This document shows positions 18,965-29,337 of a DNA stretch of 64,000 nucleotides, in pieces (positions within the stretch are counted from its first letter, which is position 1; the number at the start of each line of letters is the position of its first letter). A program made the translations under genes and the position numbers. The notes under the pieces are model-generated. The model did no database searches and was not told the DNA's origin. It saw nothing but the letters and a program-made list of their open reading frames with translations. The DNA comes from an uncultured Butyrivibrio sp. (GTDB lineage: Bacteria > Bacillota > Clostridia > Lachnospirales > Lachnospiraceae), in NCBI GenBank assembly GCA_964414835.1, contig CAYPWY010000007.1, forward strand, positions 12,993 through 76,992. The letters are read 5' to 3'.

Positions 18965-19255
18965 ATGAATATGCGTGGAGGTTGGAAAATCACAGAGGCT
19001 GCAATGGATTATCCTACATGTAGTCTACCTGAGCATGTGGCAACTGCATTTTCAGAAGCTATGGCAGGGTTATTAGGTGCAAAATATGAACCATTAATGT
19101 ATGCAGCCACTCAAATAGTAAGTGGATCAAATCACATGATTTTATGCAGACAGGCTTCATCTGATTTGGAGCATACCGTTAGGCTTGTGACAGTAGTACT
19201 TTATATTCCTATAAATGGGGAGCCGCAAATCTTAACGATTAATCCATTATTTTAA
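18965..19255 (+). CDS. Cystatin-like small protein (96 aa)
   Basis: AAAGGGG RBS; N-terminal GGW and TQIVSGSNH (QxVxG) motif. Confidence 0.65.
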   Translation: MNMRGGWKITEAAMDYPTCSLPEHVATAFSEAMAGLLGAKYEPLMYAATQIVSGSNHMILCRQASSDLEHTVRLVTVVLYIPINGEPQILTINPLF

Positions 19256-19283
19256 ATTTGAAACTATTACATAGTGCGAATTG

Positions 19284-19329
19284 CTCATTGTCGGTGTAGA
19301 TTGGTTATTACATCGGCAATGAGTTTTTT
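19284..19329 (+). terminator. Terminator of the islet gene
   Basis: CTCATTGTCGGTGTA/TACATCGGCAATGAG stem with G-U pairs, followed by TTTTTT. Confidence 0.8.
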
Positions 19330-19428
19330 GCTTTTTGCTTCTGCTTTCTCCGTATTTAATGCTTCAACCAAAAATCCTTAATCACCTATTCTTTTGAAGT
19401 TTGTCTGCTTGACGGACGGTACACCGTT

Positions 19429-20475
19429 TTACCGGGATTCCGGACTTTCCATATAGCTTTTTCTAAGTTGTCCACAGGCGCCGTCTATATCTCTGCCCAT
19501 TTCTCTTCTTACGGTGACATTTATTCTGTTTTTCTCAAGTTTATTTTTAAATTTATTAATACGGTTAAGGTCTGACTGCTTGAAATTGCGCTCCTTTATG
19601 GGATTGACAGGTATTAAATTAATATGGCAATTTATACCTTTTACAAGCTCTGATAATTGTCGGGCACATTCATCGGTATCATTCTCACCTTTGACAAGGC
19701 TGTATTCAAAGGTGACTCTTCTTCCTGTTTTGGCTATGTAATAGCCACACGCCTCCATAATCTCTGATATTGAATATTTATTAGCTATGGGCATAAGAGC
19801 CCTGCGCCGTTCGTCATTGGGCGCATGAAGGGATATAGCAAGCGTCAGCTGCAGTTTCATATCCGCCAGCTCATAAATTCTCGGAACAAGACCGCAGGTG
19901 GAAACCGTAAGGTTTCTGGCGCTTATATTAAGTCCGTTGCCGTCTGTAAGCAGCTTTTCAAACCTGATAAAATTATCAAAATTGTCAAACGGTTCTCCTG
20001 AGCCCATTACAACAACATTGGAAACTCGTTCACCTGTATCTTCCTGTATTCTGTATATCTGGTCAAGCATCTCAGCCGGAGTCAGGTTTCTTGCCAGCCC
20101 GTCAAGGGTTGACGCACAGAACTTACACCCCATCCTGCATCCCGCCTGTGATGATATGCACACAGAATTGCCGTGGTGATAATGCATAAGCACGCTCTCT
20201 ATAAGATTGCCATCACTGAGTCTGAAAAGATATTTGGCTGTGCCGTCCTCCTTGGATACCTGAACACGTACTTTTTCCAAAACCGTAAGCTGACAGCATT
20301 TTGCAAGCTCCTCACGCATCTTAACCGGCAGGTTGCTCATAGCTTCAAAGCCTGTCACAAGCTTAACATGCATCCATTCATATAGCTGTTTTGCCCTGAA
20401 TGCAGGTAATCCAAGAGCTATAATATATTCTGTTAACTCCTCCAAATTCATGGATTTAATATCTGTTTTATCCAT
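19429..20475 (-). CDS. rlmN: 23S rRNA m2A2503 radical-SAM methyltransferase
   Basis: CISSQAGCRMGCKFC, MGSGEP, SLHA and DIDGACGQL motifs. Confidence 0.96.
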   Translation of the reverse strand: MDKTDIKSMNLEELTEYIIALGLPAFRAKQLYEWMHVKLVTGFEAMSNLPVKMREELAKCCQLTVLEKVRVQVSKEDGTAKYLFRLSDGNLIESVLMHYHHGNSVCISSQAGCRMGCKFCASTLDGLARNLTPAEMLDQIYRIQEDTGERVSNVVVMGSGEPFDNFDNFIRFEKLLTDGNGLNISARNLTVSTCGLVPRIYELADMKLQLTLAISLHAPNDERRRALMPIANKYSISEIMEACGYYIAKTGRRVTFEYSLVKGENDTDECARQLSELVKGINCHINLIPVNPIKERNFKQSDLNRINKFKNKLEKNRINVTVRREMGRDIDGACGQLRKSYMESPESR

Positions 20476-20477
20476 AG

Positions 20478-21839
20478 CTATTCCTGTCTTTTAAATGCCG
20501 CAATGAAAAATCCGTCAAATTCATTGTCAAACATACCCGGCTTAATCTCAACAAAGCCGTCTTCAGTAACACAAGCTCCAAGGGCTGCCGGTATTCTTGC
20601 TTCAATATTGATTATATCAAAACCGGACTTTTCAGCAAAATAGCGTGCATTCATAATATTTTCCTGAGGATTAAGGGTACATGTGCTGTATATAAGCGTG
20701 CCTCCCTTTTTAACGTAACGGCTTACCACATCAAGCATTTTCCTCTGGAGTGCACAAAGCTCCTCAAGCCCCTCAGGCGATGCATGATATTTTATATCCG
20801 GCTTCTTATTGAGTATGCCCAAGCCTGAACATGGCAAATCTGCTATAACTATATCTGCCCTATTCTCCCACTTTGAATCGTATTCCGTTGCGTCAAATAC
20901 GCAGGTATCTATGTTATCAAAGCCCATTCTGGCTATGTTGTCTTCTATAAGCGAAATTTTATTATAGGATATATCCCTTGCCTCAATATGTCCTCCTGCG
21001 CCAAGGGCTTCGGCTATGTGAAGACTTTTCCCTCCCGGAGCCGCACACACATCAAGAACAATATCCTGCGGCTTTGGGGCAGCGGCATATTTTACAAGCA
21101 TTGAGCTTGCATCCTGAACCGCAAACAGACCTTCATTAAACTCTTTAAGACTTTCAAGGTAGTCATATCCCCATATCATAAGTGCCTCATCAATATAAGA
21201 GGATTGAATTACATTTATCCCTTGATTTTTAAGGCTGATTGCTAAATCTTCCGGAGATGTTCCTGCGGAATTGCATCTTATGGTAAGCGGTCTTTTGGTA
21301 AACTGTGCTTCAAGCATTGTCTCAGTTGTTTCATAGCCATAGGATTTTATCCAAAGCTCTGTAAGCCACCGTGGAGTTGAATATTTTATGCTGAGAAAAT
21401 CCGGTGAGTTCTCATCCGGGTATTGTATGTCTGATTTGTTACGTGCTATATTTCTCAGAACACCGTTGACAAAACCTTTAAGTGTTGCAAATCCCCTTTT
21501 GGCTGCAAGCTTTACCGCCTCATTACAGACAGCAAAATCCGCCGTACCTTCCATATATATTATTTGATACACGCTCATTCGCATAAGATTCCGGATTACA
21601 GGCTTCATTCTGTCCGACTTAACCTTGGAAAAACAGTCAACTATATAATCAATGGTAATCCTTCTTTCAACACTTCCAAGCACCACATGGGATATAAATG
21701 CCCTATCGTTATGTGGAAGATACTGGTATTTCCTGAGTGCATCAGAAAGTACAAGATTAGCATACTGCTGTTTTTCATTGACTTCCAGTAAAATGTCTAA
21801 AATAACGCTTCTTGTATTCACCTGCATTGTCTGCTGCAC
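20478..21839 (-). CDS. rsmB: 16S rRNA m5C967 methyltransferase
   Basis: NusB-like N-terminus; DVCAAPGGKS, DLPCSGLG and YSTCT. Confidence 0.95.
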   Translation of the reverse strand: MQQTMQVNTRSVILDILLEVNEKQQYANLVLSDALRKYQYLPHNDRAFISHVVLGSVERRITIDYIVDCFSKVKSDRMKPVIRNLMRMSVYQIIYMEGTADFAVCNEAVKLAAKRGFATLKGFVNGVLRNIARNKSDIQYPDENSPDFLSIKYSTPRWLTELWIKSYGYETTETMLEAQFTKRPLTIRCNSAGTSPEDLAISLKNQGINVIQSSYIDEALMIWGYDYLESLKEFNEGLFAVQDASSMLVKYAAAPKPQDIVLDVCAAPGGKSLHIAEALGAGGHIEARDISYNKISLIEDNIARMGFDNIDTCVFDATEYDSKWENRADIVIADLPCSGLGILNKKPDIKYHASPEGLEELCALQRKMLDVVSRYVKKGGTLIYSTCTLNPQENIMNARYFAEKSGFDIINIEARIPAALGACVTEDGFVEIKPGMFDNEFDGFFIAAFKRQE

Positions 21840-21899
21840 CCTTCCTTTGCTATTTTAATAAGCTTCCGCTGAGAATCCTTACATCCCCTGATGCACAGA

Positions 21900-22829
21900 T
21901 TACCCCAGCTTCATTCCCACGTGAACATCATACCCAAGCATAAAAGCTCCTGCCGCCATTCTTTTTTTGCCTTCAATCTGAAGCTCTTCAATGGCAAGTC
22001 CCTTATCGCCTGTTGCAACATATATACGAAGCTTATCGGTCTTATAAACAGTTCCTGCCTCGTAGCCTGAGCAGTCCGTATCGTCAACGGAAGCTTTCCA
22101 GATTTTAAGGCTTTTTCCGTTGATTGATGTAAAAGCACTGGGCCATGGATTAAGTCCTCTTATAAGCCGTTCTATGACAACGGCACTATTGGTAAAGTCA
22201 ATCAGACCCGTCTGTTTGTCCAGCTTGCCTGCATGTGTAGCTTCTCCGCTTTGGCTGACAGGCGTTATTGTTCCTTTTTCAAGACCGTCAAGCGTATCTA
22301 CAAGAAGTCTTGCGCCAATATCGGAAAGCCTGTCAAAAAGGCTTCCCCCCGTTTCATCAGCTGCAAGCTCGTATTTCTCAACCATAAGCATATCCCCGGT
22401 ATCAATGCCCTCGTCCATACGCATAATGGTAACTCCGCTTTCCCTATCTCCATTGATGACCGCCCATTGTATGGGAGCTGCACCACGGTATTTAGGAAGA
22501 AGGGATGCGTGTACATTGACACATCCGAAACGCGGGAATTCAAGTATATCTTTTGGAAGAATCTGACCGAAGGCAACTACCACTATAACATCGGGATTGA
22601 TTTTCTTAAGTTCATCTGCCACATCCGACTGACGGATTTTGACAGGCTGATAAACAGGTATGCCATACTCCACAGCTTTTTCTTTAACAGGCGGAAACTT
22701 TAACTGTCCGCTTCTTCCCTGTGGTTTATCAGGCTGTGTTATGACAGCCTCAACACTGTGTCCCGCTTTGATAATCGCCTCAAGGGTATTTACGGCAAAG
22801 TCGGGCGTTCCCATAAAAACTACTCTCAT
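21900..22829 (-). CDS. fmt: Methionyl-tRNA formyltransferase
   Basis: FMGTPDFA and NVHASLLPKYRGAAPIQW. Confidence 0.98.
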   Translation of the reverse strand: MRVVFMGTPDFAVNTLEAIIKAGHSVEAVITQPDKPQGRSGQLKFPPVKEKAVEYGIPVYQPVKIRQSDVADELKKINPDVIVVVAFGQILPKDILEFPRFGCVNVHASLLPKYRGAAPIQWAVINGDRESGVTIMRMDEGIDTGDMLMVEKYELAADETGGSLFDRLSDIGARLLVDTLDGLEKGTITPVSQSGEATHAGKLDKQTGLIDFTNSAVVIERLIRGLNPWPSAFTSINGKSLKIWKASVDDTDCSGYEAGTVYKTDKLRIYVATGDKGLAIEELQIEGKKRMAAGAFMLGYDVHVGMKLG

Positions 22830-23302
22830 TCCTGCTCCTCACTTGCAACCACATCCATAAGCTCGCCTTCAATATGGTCTATATACAAATCTCCATCAAG
22901 ATGAGCTAACTCATGACAGATGGCTCTTGCCATCAGCTCGTCACCCTCAATAATGTACTCCTTCATATCCGCATCATATGCCTTGGCTTTAACATGCATA
23001 GGTCTTGTGACAATACCTGCCTTGCCCGGAACGCTAAGGCATCCCTCCTGTCCCGTCTGGCTTCCTGATGTTTCAAGAATCTGAGGGTTTATCATAACAA
23101 CAGGTCCGTCACCTATATCAATCACTACTATTCTTTTCAAGATACCTACCTGCGGCGCTGCAAGACCCACTCCATCAGCATTGTACATCGTATCAAGCAT
23201 ATCGCCTATAAGCTCCTTGGTTCTTGCGTCAACCTGGCTTACATTCTTGCATACCTTACGTAAAATAGGGTCTCCTTCAACTCTTATATTTCTTAATGCC
23301 AT
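22826..23302 (-). CDS. def: Peptide deformylase
   Basis: GVGLAAPQVG, EGCLS and HELAH; start at MALRNI after AAGGAGG. Confidence 0.97.
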   Translation of the reverse strand: MALRNIRVEGDPILRKVCKNVSQVDARTKELIGDMLDTMYNADGVGLAAPQVGILKRIVVIDIGDGPVVMINPQILETSGSQTGQEGCLSVPGKAGIVTRPMHVKAKAYDADMKEYIIEGDELMARAICHELAHLDGDLYIDHIEGELMDVVASEEQE

Positions 23303-23318
23303 ATTCTCCTCCTTCAAA

Positions 23319-25532
23319 CTATCGAAAATCAAACATAACACGGCAGTCCTTGAACTGTTCCTCATTATCTTTCAGGTAGCTTTCTATTTTATCTTTTATA
23401 TGTGTCAGCTTTGTGTATTCTTTACATTTATAATAAATCATCCTGTAATAAATGTCATTAATTTTATAAATCGCCGCATCTGCCGGTCCTATAATCTTTA
23501 TACCGGATGCTTTTGCTTCATCATCAGATGTCAAATCCCGCAGCTTACGTGACAATGCAATAGTTTCTGCTTCACTGGCTCCTGCTGTTTTGACGGACAG
23601 CATATGATTGGCAGGCGGATAATCCATAAGCTCCCTGTATCCCATCTCTTCTTCATAGAATGACTCATAATCCTGCGTGGCAGCGTGAACTATACTGTAA
23701 TGCTCCGGGTCATATGTCTGTATCACAACATTGCCGGGGTTTTCTCCTCTTCCTGCTCTTCCTGCCGCCTGTGTCAGCAGTTCAAAAGTGACTTCCGCCG
23801 CCCTGTAATCAGGGCTGTGAAGCGATGTATCTGCAAGAAGTATTCCAACAAGGGTAACATTGCCGAAATCATGTCCCTTAACAATCATCTGGGTTCCTAT
23901 AAGTATATCGGCATCATGGTTGGAAAATTTCTCCAATATCGCCCTATGCCCTTCTTTGCCTTTGGTAGTGTCCAAATCCATTCTCAACACTCTTGCATTG
24001 GGAAAATGCTTAAGAGTGTCCTCCTCGACTTTCTCCGTTCCGGCCTTGAACGTACCTATATGTTTGGAACCGCATTGGGGGCATATGGAAGTAAATACCG
24101 TTTCATAACCGCAATAATGGCACACAAGCCTGTTTCTGCCATGCTGTGTAAGTGAAACATCACAATGAGGACATTGTATCACATTGCCGCAGTCCCTGCA
24201 ATTAATAAAGCCCTGATAACCTCTCCTGTTGAGGAAAAGCATAATCTGTTCTTTCCTGTCAAGCCGGTCTTTTATCAGCTCTTTAAGTCTGTCACTGAAC
24301 ATTGAGCGGTTTCCCTTTTTCATTTCATTGCGCAAATCTACCACGTCAACATGGGGCATGGTTCCTGCACCTGCTCTCCTGTCAAGCCGGTACAGCTTGT
24401 ATATTCCATTCATACATCTGTTGTATGCTTCAAGTGATGGCGTTGCCGAACCGAGTATTACCTTGGCATTGGTCATCCGGGCAAGCTCAATGGCGGTCTC
24501 TCTTGCATGGTATCTGGGAACGGACTCGCTTTGGTAGGCATTCTCATGTTCCTCGTCTATTATTATTGCGCCGAGATTTTTAAAGGGAGTAAAAAGAGCT
24601 GAGCGGGGGCCAATCATTATTTTAAGCCTTCCCTCCTCTGCCATTTTAAAACGGTCATATTTTTCACCTTTGGATAATCTGGAATTGATTACCGACACAA
24701 TGCTTCCGAATCGCATGTAGAAACGCATTATGGTCTGATATGTCAGTGAAATCTCAGGAATGAGAACGATAACCTGACGCCCCTGTTCCAGAATATGGTG
24801 TATTACCTCCATATACACCTCTGTTTTGCCGCTTCCCGTAACTCCTTTTATGAGGCAGGTGCTCATATCGCCGCTGTCATAATCGGAAATAATGCTGTTG
24901 ATTACGGACATTTGTTCTTCATTAAGTTCTATATGCTTCTGCTGTTTTGCACTTATATTAATTGAATTGCGAAATACCGTTATCTCCTCTATATCAATAA
25001 GTCCTGCCTGATTAAGCGCCCTTATTGAAGCCGGTGAAACATTCAGCTTATCAACCAGAAGAGAATACTCTGTGACGGGATTTTCCGATAATGCATGAAG
25101 TATTCTGGACTGGGCTTTTTTCCTTCTGCCGTATTCATCTGCCAAAAGCTTCGCCTCTTCAGGTGATGTCAAAAGCCGTACTGTCTTTCTGTTTTCCTGA
25201 CGCACTTTTTCCTTGACGGGAATTACCGTTTTAAGTGCCTGATTTATTGTTGAGCCATAGCTGGTCTTCATCCAGTAAGCCAGCTTTATCATTCTCTCGT
25301 CAATGGCAAGACTGTCCGGCACTACATCCTCAATATCTCGTATTCTTTCAGGCTCAATCTCAGGAGTATGGCTGAACTCAACCACATAACCTGTTCTGCG
25401 GCTGTTTCCAAAAGGGATATTCACCTTACTGCCGATAGCCACCGCATCCGCAAGACTGTCAGGTATACTGTACTGAAAGGTTTTATCAAGTTTTTCATGG
25501 GAAATGTCAACTATGACACCGGCATATTTCAT
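23319..25532 (-). CDS. priA: Primosomal protein N'
   Basis: GVTGSGKTEVY, DEEH, CxxC zinc cluster and QAAGRAGR. Confidence 0.97.
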   Translation of the reverse strand: MKYAGVIVDISHEKLDKTFQYSIPDSLADAVAIGSKVNIPFGNSRRTGYVVEFSHTPEIEPERIRDIEDVVPDSLAIDERMIKLAYWMKTSYGSTINQALKTVIPVKEKVRQENRKTVRLLTSPEEAKLLADEYGRRKKAQSRILHALSENPVTEYSLLVDKLNVSPASIRALNQAGLIDIEEITVFRNSINISAKQQKHIELNEEQMSVINSIISDYDSGDMSTCLIKGVTGSGKTEVYMEVIHHILEQGRQVIVLIPEISLTYQTIMRFYMRFGSIVSVINSRLSKGEKYDRFKMAEEGRLKIMIGPRSALFTPFKNLGAIIIDEEHENAYQSESVPRYHARETAIELARMTNAKVILGSATPSLEAYNRCMNGIYKLYRLDRRAGAGTMPHVDVVDLRNEMKKGNRSMFSDRLKELIKDRLDRKEQIMLFLNRRGYQGFINCRDCGNVIQCPHCDVSLTQHGRNRLVCHYCGYETVFTSICPQCGSKHIGTFKAGTEKVEEDTLKHFPNARVLRMDLDTTKGKEGHRAILEKFSNHDADILIGTQMIVKGHDFGNVTLVGILLADTSLHSPDYRAAEVTFELLTQAAGRAGRGENPGNVVIQTYDPEHYSIVHAATQDYESFYEEEMGYRELMDYPPANHMLSVKTAGASEAETIALSRKLRDLTSDDEAKASGIKIIGPADAAIYKINDIYYRMIYYKCKEYTKLTHIKDKIESYLKDNEEQFKDCRVMFDFR

Positions 25533-25544
25533 TGGCTGCTCCTG

Positions 25545-27014
25545 TTATTTTATCAGTCCTGCGGCTTTCTCTATCAGCTCGCGGTCGGACATATGGTATT
25601 TTACTCCTTTAATTTCCTGATAGTCCTCGTGGCCTTTACCTGCCACAACTATAATATCTCCCCTCTGTCCATTATCTATGGCGTATTTGACTGCCTCTCC
25701 CCTGTCGGCAATTTTAATGTATTTACCCGATGTTTTCCTGATTCCTGTCTCAATGTCATTCATTATCGCCTCAGGTTCCTCGTTGCGTGGATTATCGCTT
25801 GTTATAACTGTAAAATCTGACATCTGTCCTGATATTTCTCCCATATCAAAACGTCGCTGTGGGGAACGGTTTCCTCCGCAGCCAAAAACAGTGACAATTC
25901 TGTTAGGATGATATTCCCTCAGTGTTGCCAGCAGACTTTTCAGACTCATGGCATTATGGGCGTAATCTATCATCACAATAAAATCATCCGACACCTTGAC
26001 AGGCTCCACACGTCCTGCCGCCTTTGTATTGTAAAGCGCTTTTTCCAAAAGCTCTTTATCTACATTAAAATGCCCTGTAACGGCAATGGCACAAAGTGAA
26101 TTGTACACCGAAAATTCTCCCGGAAGAGTAAGCTCCACATGCATATTCTGTCTGCCCTTTACATCATATGAGGTGGTTATGTGACCGCTGTCGTGGGAGT
26201 AAACTATATTATCTGCGTATATTGATGCTGCGGAGCTTAAACCATAGGTTTCAAGCTCACAGGTATGGCCTTCAAGCACCATATCCGCATGTTCATTGTC
26301 TATATTCACAATTCCTGTTTTACATTGTCTGAACAATCGTCCCTTGCAGGCTGCATAATCCTCAAAGGAGCTGTGCTCATTGGGACCTATATGGTCCGGT
26401 TCAAGATTTGTCAGCACTCCTATATCAAAAATAATTCCTGCGGTTCTGTGAAGCATAAGCGCCTGCGAAGACACTTCCATAACAACACATTTGCATCCCG
26501 CTTTTACCATTCTGTCAAAATATTCCTGAACCTTGTAGGATTCCGGCGTGGTATTAACAGAAGGAATATGTTCATCACCGATAATATTCTCCACAGTGCC
26601 AATAAGTCCGGTTTTGATATTACATGCCTCAAGTATATCACGTACCATAAACGTGGTTGTTGTTTTGCCTTTAGTACCTGTTATTCCTATGGTAAAAAGC
26701 TTTTCCGCCGGATAATCAAAAAATGCGGCTGACATATAGGCAAGTGCCAGCCTTGTGTCGGCAGTTTTGACTACGGTAACACCGGTAAGCGCATCTGTTA
26801 TGTCAATATCACGCTCTATGATAATTGCGGCAGCGCCTTTTTGAACCACATCATCAATGAATGTATGACCATCAACAACCGCCCCGCTTATGCAAACAAA
26901 CACATCCCCCTTTGATACTTTTCGTGAGTCATATTGGAGATTGTTAACCTCTATACCGCGCTCGCCATTGATTAAATCATAATTTAATTTTTGTAATAAT
27001 TTGTCAAGAACCAT
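25545..27014 (-). CDS. murE: UDP-MurNAc-tripeptide ligase (meso-DAP type)
   Basis: GTKGKTTT, MEVSSQ, DYAHN and DNPR (DAP-specificity motif). Confidence 0.95.
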   Translation of the reverse strand: MVLDKLLQKLNYDLINGERGIEVNNLQYDSRKVSKGDVFVCISGAVVDGHTFIDDVVQKGAAAIIIERDIDITDALTGVTVVKTADTRLALAYMSAAFFDYPAEKLFTIGITGTKGKTTTTFMVRDILEACNIKTGLIGTVENIIGDEHIPSVNTTPESYKVQEYFDRMVKAGCKCVVMEVSSQALMLHRTAGIIFDIGVLTNLEPDHIGPNEHSSFEDYAACKGRLFRQCKTGIVNIDNEHADMVLEGHTCELETYGLSSAASIYADNIVYSHDSGHITTSYDVKGRQNMHVELTLPGEFSVYNSLCAIAVTGHFNVDKELLEKALYNTKAAGRVEPVKVSDDFIVMIDYAHNAMSLKSLLATLREYHPNRIVTVFGCGGNRSPQRRFDMGEISGQMSDFTVITSDNPRNEEPEAIMNDIETGIRKTSGKYIKIADRGEAVKYAIDNGQRGDIIVVAGKGHEDYQEIKGVKYHMSDRELIEKAAGLIK

Positions 27015-27056
27015 ATGTCTGCCTTTCTGCAATTATATTATAAATACATACAAATG

Positions 27057-27917
27057 CTATTTTTGAATTTCTACCGAATTAACGCAATTACTCATAAGCA
27101 TTGCAATTGTCATAGGTCCTACGCCACCCGGAACAGGTGTTATGGCAGAAGCGGCAGGCAGCACATCATCATAATCCACATCTCCGCAAAGTATGCTCTT
27201 CCCGCTTTCACTTGTTCCCAGTCTGTGTATTCCCACATCTATAATTACTGCGCCTTCCTTTACATATTCCCTTGTAATAAACTTCGGCTTGCCGATTGCC
27301 ACCACAAGAATATCCGCTCGCTTTGTGACCGCCTTTAAATCCGATGTCTTTGAATGGCAGATTGTTACGGTTCCGTTCTCTCTCAGCAGCAGCAGCGCCA
27401 TAGGCTTTCCTACAATATTACTCCTGCCTACCACTACACATTCCTTACCTGTTATATCAATTCCGCTTCTCTTAATCAGTTCAATAATTCCGGCAGGCGT
27501 ACATGACACAAATCCTTTCTGTCCTATGCTCAAAGCTCCTACGCTCTCAGGATGGAAGCCGTCAACATCCTTAAGCGGGTCAATAGCTTTGATAACCTTA
27601 TCCTCATCTATATGCGCAGGAAGCGGAAGCTGTACAAGGATTCCGTTCACATCGGTTCTGGCATTCAGCTCCTTAATCAAATCAAGAAGCTCCGACTCTG
27701 TTGTTTCCTCAGGAAGCTCATATGCAAGCGAATCTATTCCGACATATGCGCAGGCTTTTTTCTTGTTGCCTACATATACACTTGATGCAGGGTCTGCACC
27801 TACCTGAATGACCGCAAGACATATGTTTATGCCCTTTGACTTATATTCTGCCACTCGTTCCTTTAACTCATCCTTAATCTGTGTTGAAATTAATTTACCG
27901 TCAATTATCTGTGCCAT
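27057..27917 (-). CDS. folD: Methylene-THF dehydrogenase/cyclohydrolase
   Basis: KDVDGFHP, GRSNIVGKP and TPVPGGVGPMT. Confidence 0.98.
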   Translation of the reverse strand: MAQIIDGKLISTQIKDELKERVAEYKSKGINICLAVIQVGADPASSVYVGNKKKACAYVGIDSLAYELPEETTESELLDLIKELNARTDVNGILVQLPLPAHIDEDKVIKAIDPLKDVDGFHPESVGALSIGQKGFVSCTPAGIIELIKRSGIDITGKECVVVGRSNIVGKPMALLLLRENGTVTICHSKTSDLKAVTKRADILVVAIGKPKFITREYVKEGAVIIDVGIHRLGTSESGKSILCGDVDYDDVLPAASAITPVPGGVGPMTIAMLMSNCVNSVEIQK

Positions 27918-27929
27918 ATGCTCTCTCCT

Positions 27930-29300
27930 TTAACACTGTCCGCCGCAAAGCGCCTTTACGCACTCATTAAGCTTCATACCTCTTGAACCCTTGAAAAGAA
28001 CTGTATCCCCGGCATCAAGTTCATTTTTGAGATATTCATCAATCTGCTGCCTGTTTTCAAAATGCTTTATCTTTATATCTGTATTGGAAGCCGCTCCTGT
28101 ACCGATATTCAATGCCAATTCTCCGTAAGTAATCAATTCATCAACATTGTTCTGTGCAATAAATTCTCCCACCTGAAAATGATATTCCGGCGAATCCGTT
28201 CCAAGCTCCAGCATGTCAGCCAAAACAGCTATTTTACGTTTCCTTCCGACGGAACAAAGCACATCTATGCCTGCTTTCATGGAATCGGGACTTGCATTGT
28301 AGGAATCGTCTATAATCGTGATACCGTTATGCCGTATTATCTCCTGCCTCATTGCCACGCCGCCGTATCCAGCCAACGCATCCGCCGCTGCCTGAGGCTG
28401 TATGCCGTATTTTTCCGCCACTGCCACTGCCACAAGCGCATTGCGCACATTGTGAAGTCCCGGCACATTAAGCTTTACATGGCATATTTTAACGCCGCTT
28501 TTCTCTATATGAAAATCTGCTGCATCGCCGGATATTATATCAACGGCACGATAGTCGTTGTTTTCATCCAATCCGAACAACACAACCTGTGACTTAAGCT
28601 CGGACATATGCTTAAGAAGAATATTGTCATCTCCATTTAAAAATACAACGCCTCCATCCACAAGAGCATCAGCTATGTGAAATTTTTCTGCGCATATACC
28701 GTCCTGAGTTCCCAACTGCTCTATATGTGATACCCCGATATTGGTCACAATGGCACAGTCAAGGTCCACAAGCTCAGCAAGTCTCATCATCTCACCGGGC
28801 ATACTCATTCCCATCTCAATAACGGCAATTTCATCATCATATGTCATCTTTGAAAGCGTATTAGGCACACCTATCTGGCTGTTATTATTGCCCGATGTCT
28901 TAAACACCCTGAAGCCTGCTGACAATGCACATGCTACCATCTCCTTTGTGGTTGTTTTACCTACACTTCCGGTTATTCCCACCTTAGGTATGTTCATTCT
29001 TCTGCCGTAACACTTACCTATCTCCTGCATGGCAATTACCGTATTATCGACTTTTATACATGGCACCGCCGCTTCAAATGAGTCATGCTCACTTGTAAGC
29101 ACAGCCGCAGCTCCTGCCTCTATTGCCCCTTCAATGAATTTATGGGCGTCAACCCTTTCACCTATAATTGGTACAAAAAGACAGTTTGTTCCTATTTCTT
29201 TGGAATTAGTGCTTATAGTTTCAATGTGTACCGTATCATCGCCGCAAAGCAGTCTTCCCTTTGTGGCTTCAAGAATATCTTTTACATAAAAATTCTGCAT
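27930..29300 (-). CDS. murF: UDP-MurNAc-tripeptide--D-Ala-D-Ala ligase
   Basis: GSVGKTTTKE, EMGM, DDSYNASP and KGSRG. Confidence 0.95.
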   Translation of the reverse strand: MQNFYVKDILEATKGRLLCGDDTVHIETISTNSKEIGTNCLFVPIIGERVDAHKFIEGAIEAGAAAVLTSEHDSFEAAVPCIKVDNTVIAMQEIGKCYGRRMNIPKVGITGSVGKTTTKEMVACALSAGFRVFKTSGNNNSQIGVPNTLSKMTYDDEIAVIEMGMSMPGEMMRLAELVDLDCAIVTNIGVSHIEQLGTQDGICAEKFHIADALVDGGVVFLNGDDNILLKHMSELKSQVVLFGLDENNDYRAVDIISGDAADFHIEKSGVKICHVKLNVPGLHNVRNALVAVAVAEKYGIQPQAAADALAGYGGVAMRQEIIRHNGITIIDDSYNASPDSMKAGIDVLCSVGRKRKIAVLADMLELGTDSPEYHFQVGEFIAQNNVDELITYGELALNIGTGAASNTDIKIKHFENRQQIDEYLKNELDAGDTVLFKGSRGMKLNECVKALCGGQC

Positions 29301-29337
29301 TATATCTCCCACGCTATCCGCTATTTATAATTTATAT

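Larger units (their letters stand above)
18720..19446. mobile_element. AT-rich islet, probable remnant of an element integrated in the rlmN 3' end
   Basis: Flanked by the 65-bp rlmN direct repeat; carries an opposite-strand cargo gene; no recombinase present. Confidence 0.65.

Noticed and set aside
19260-19428. Possible recombinase remnant next to the active rlmN end
   Set aside because: Only a 28-codon TTG-initiated frame with no integrase motifs
19429-20475. rlmN considered as Cfr-type resistance gene; ABC-F (43826-45733) considered as ARE-type
   Set aside because: Housekeeping context and ordinary motifs; no evidence for a resistance subtype without HMM searches
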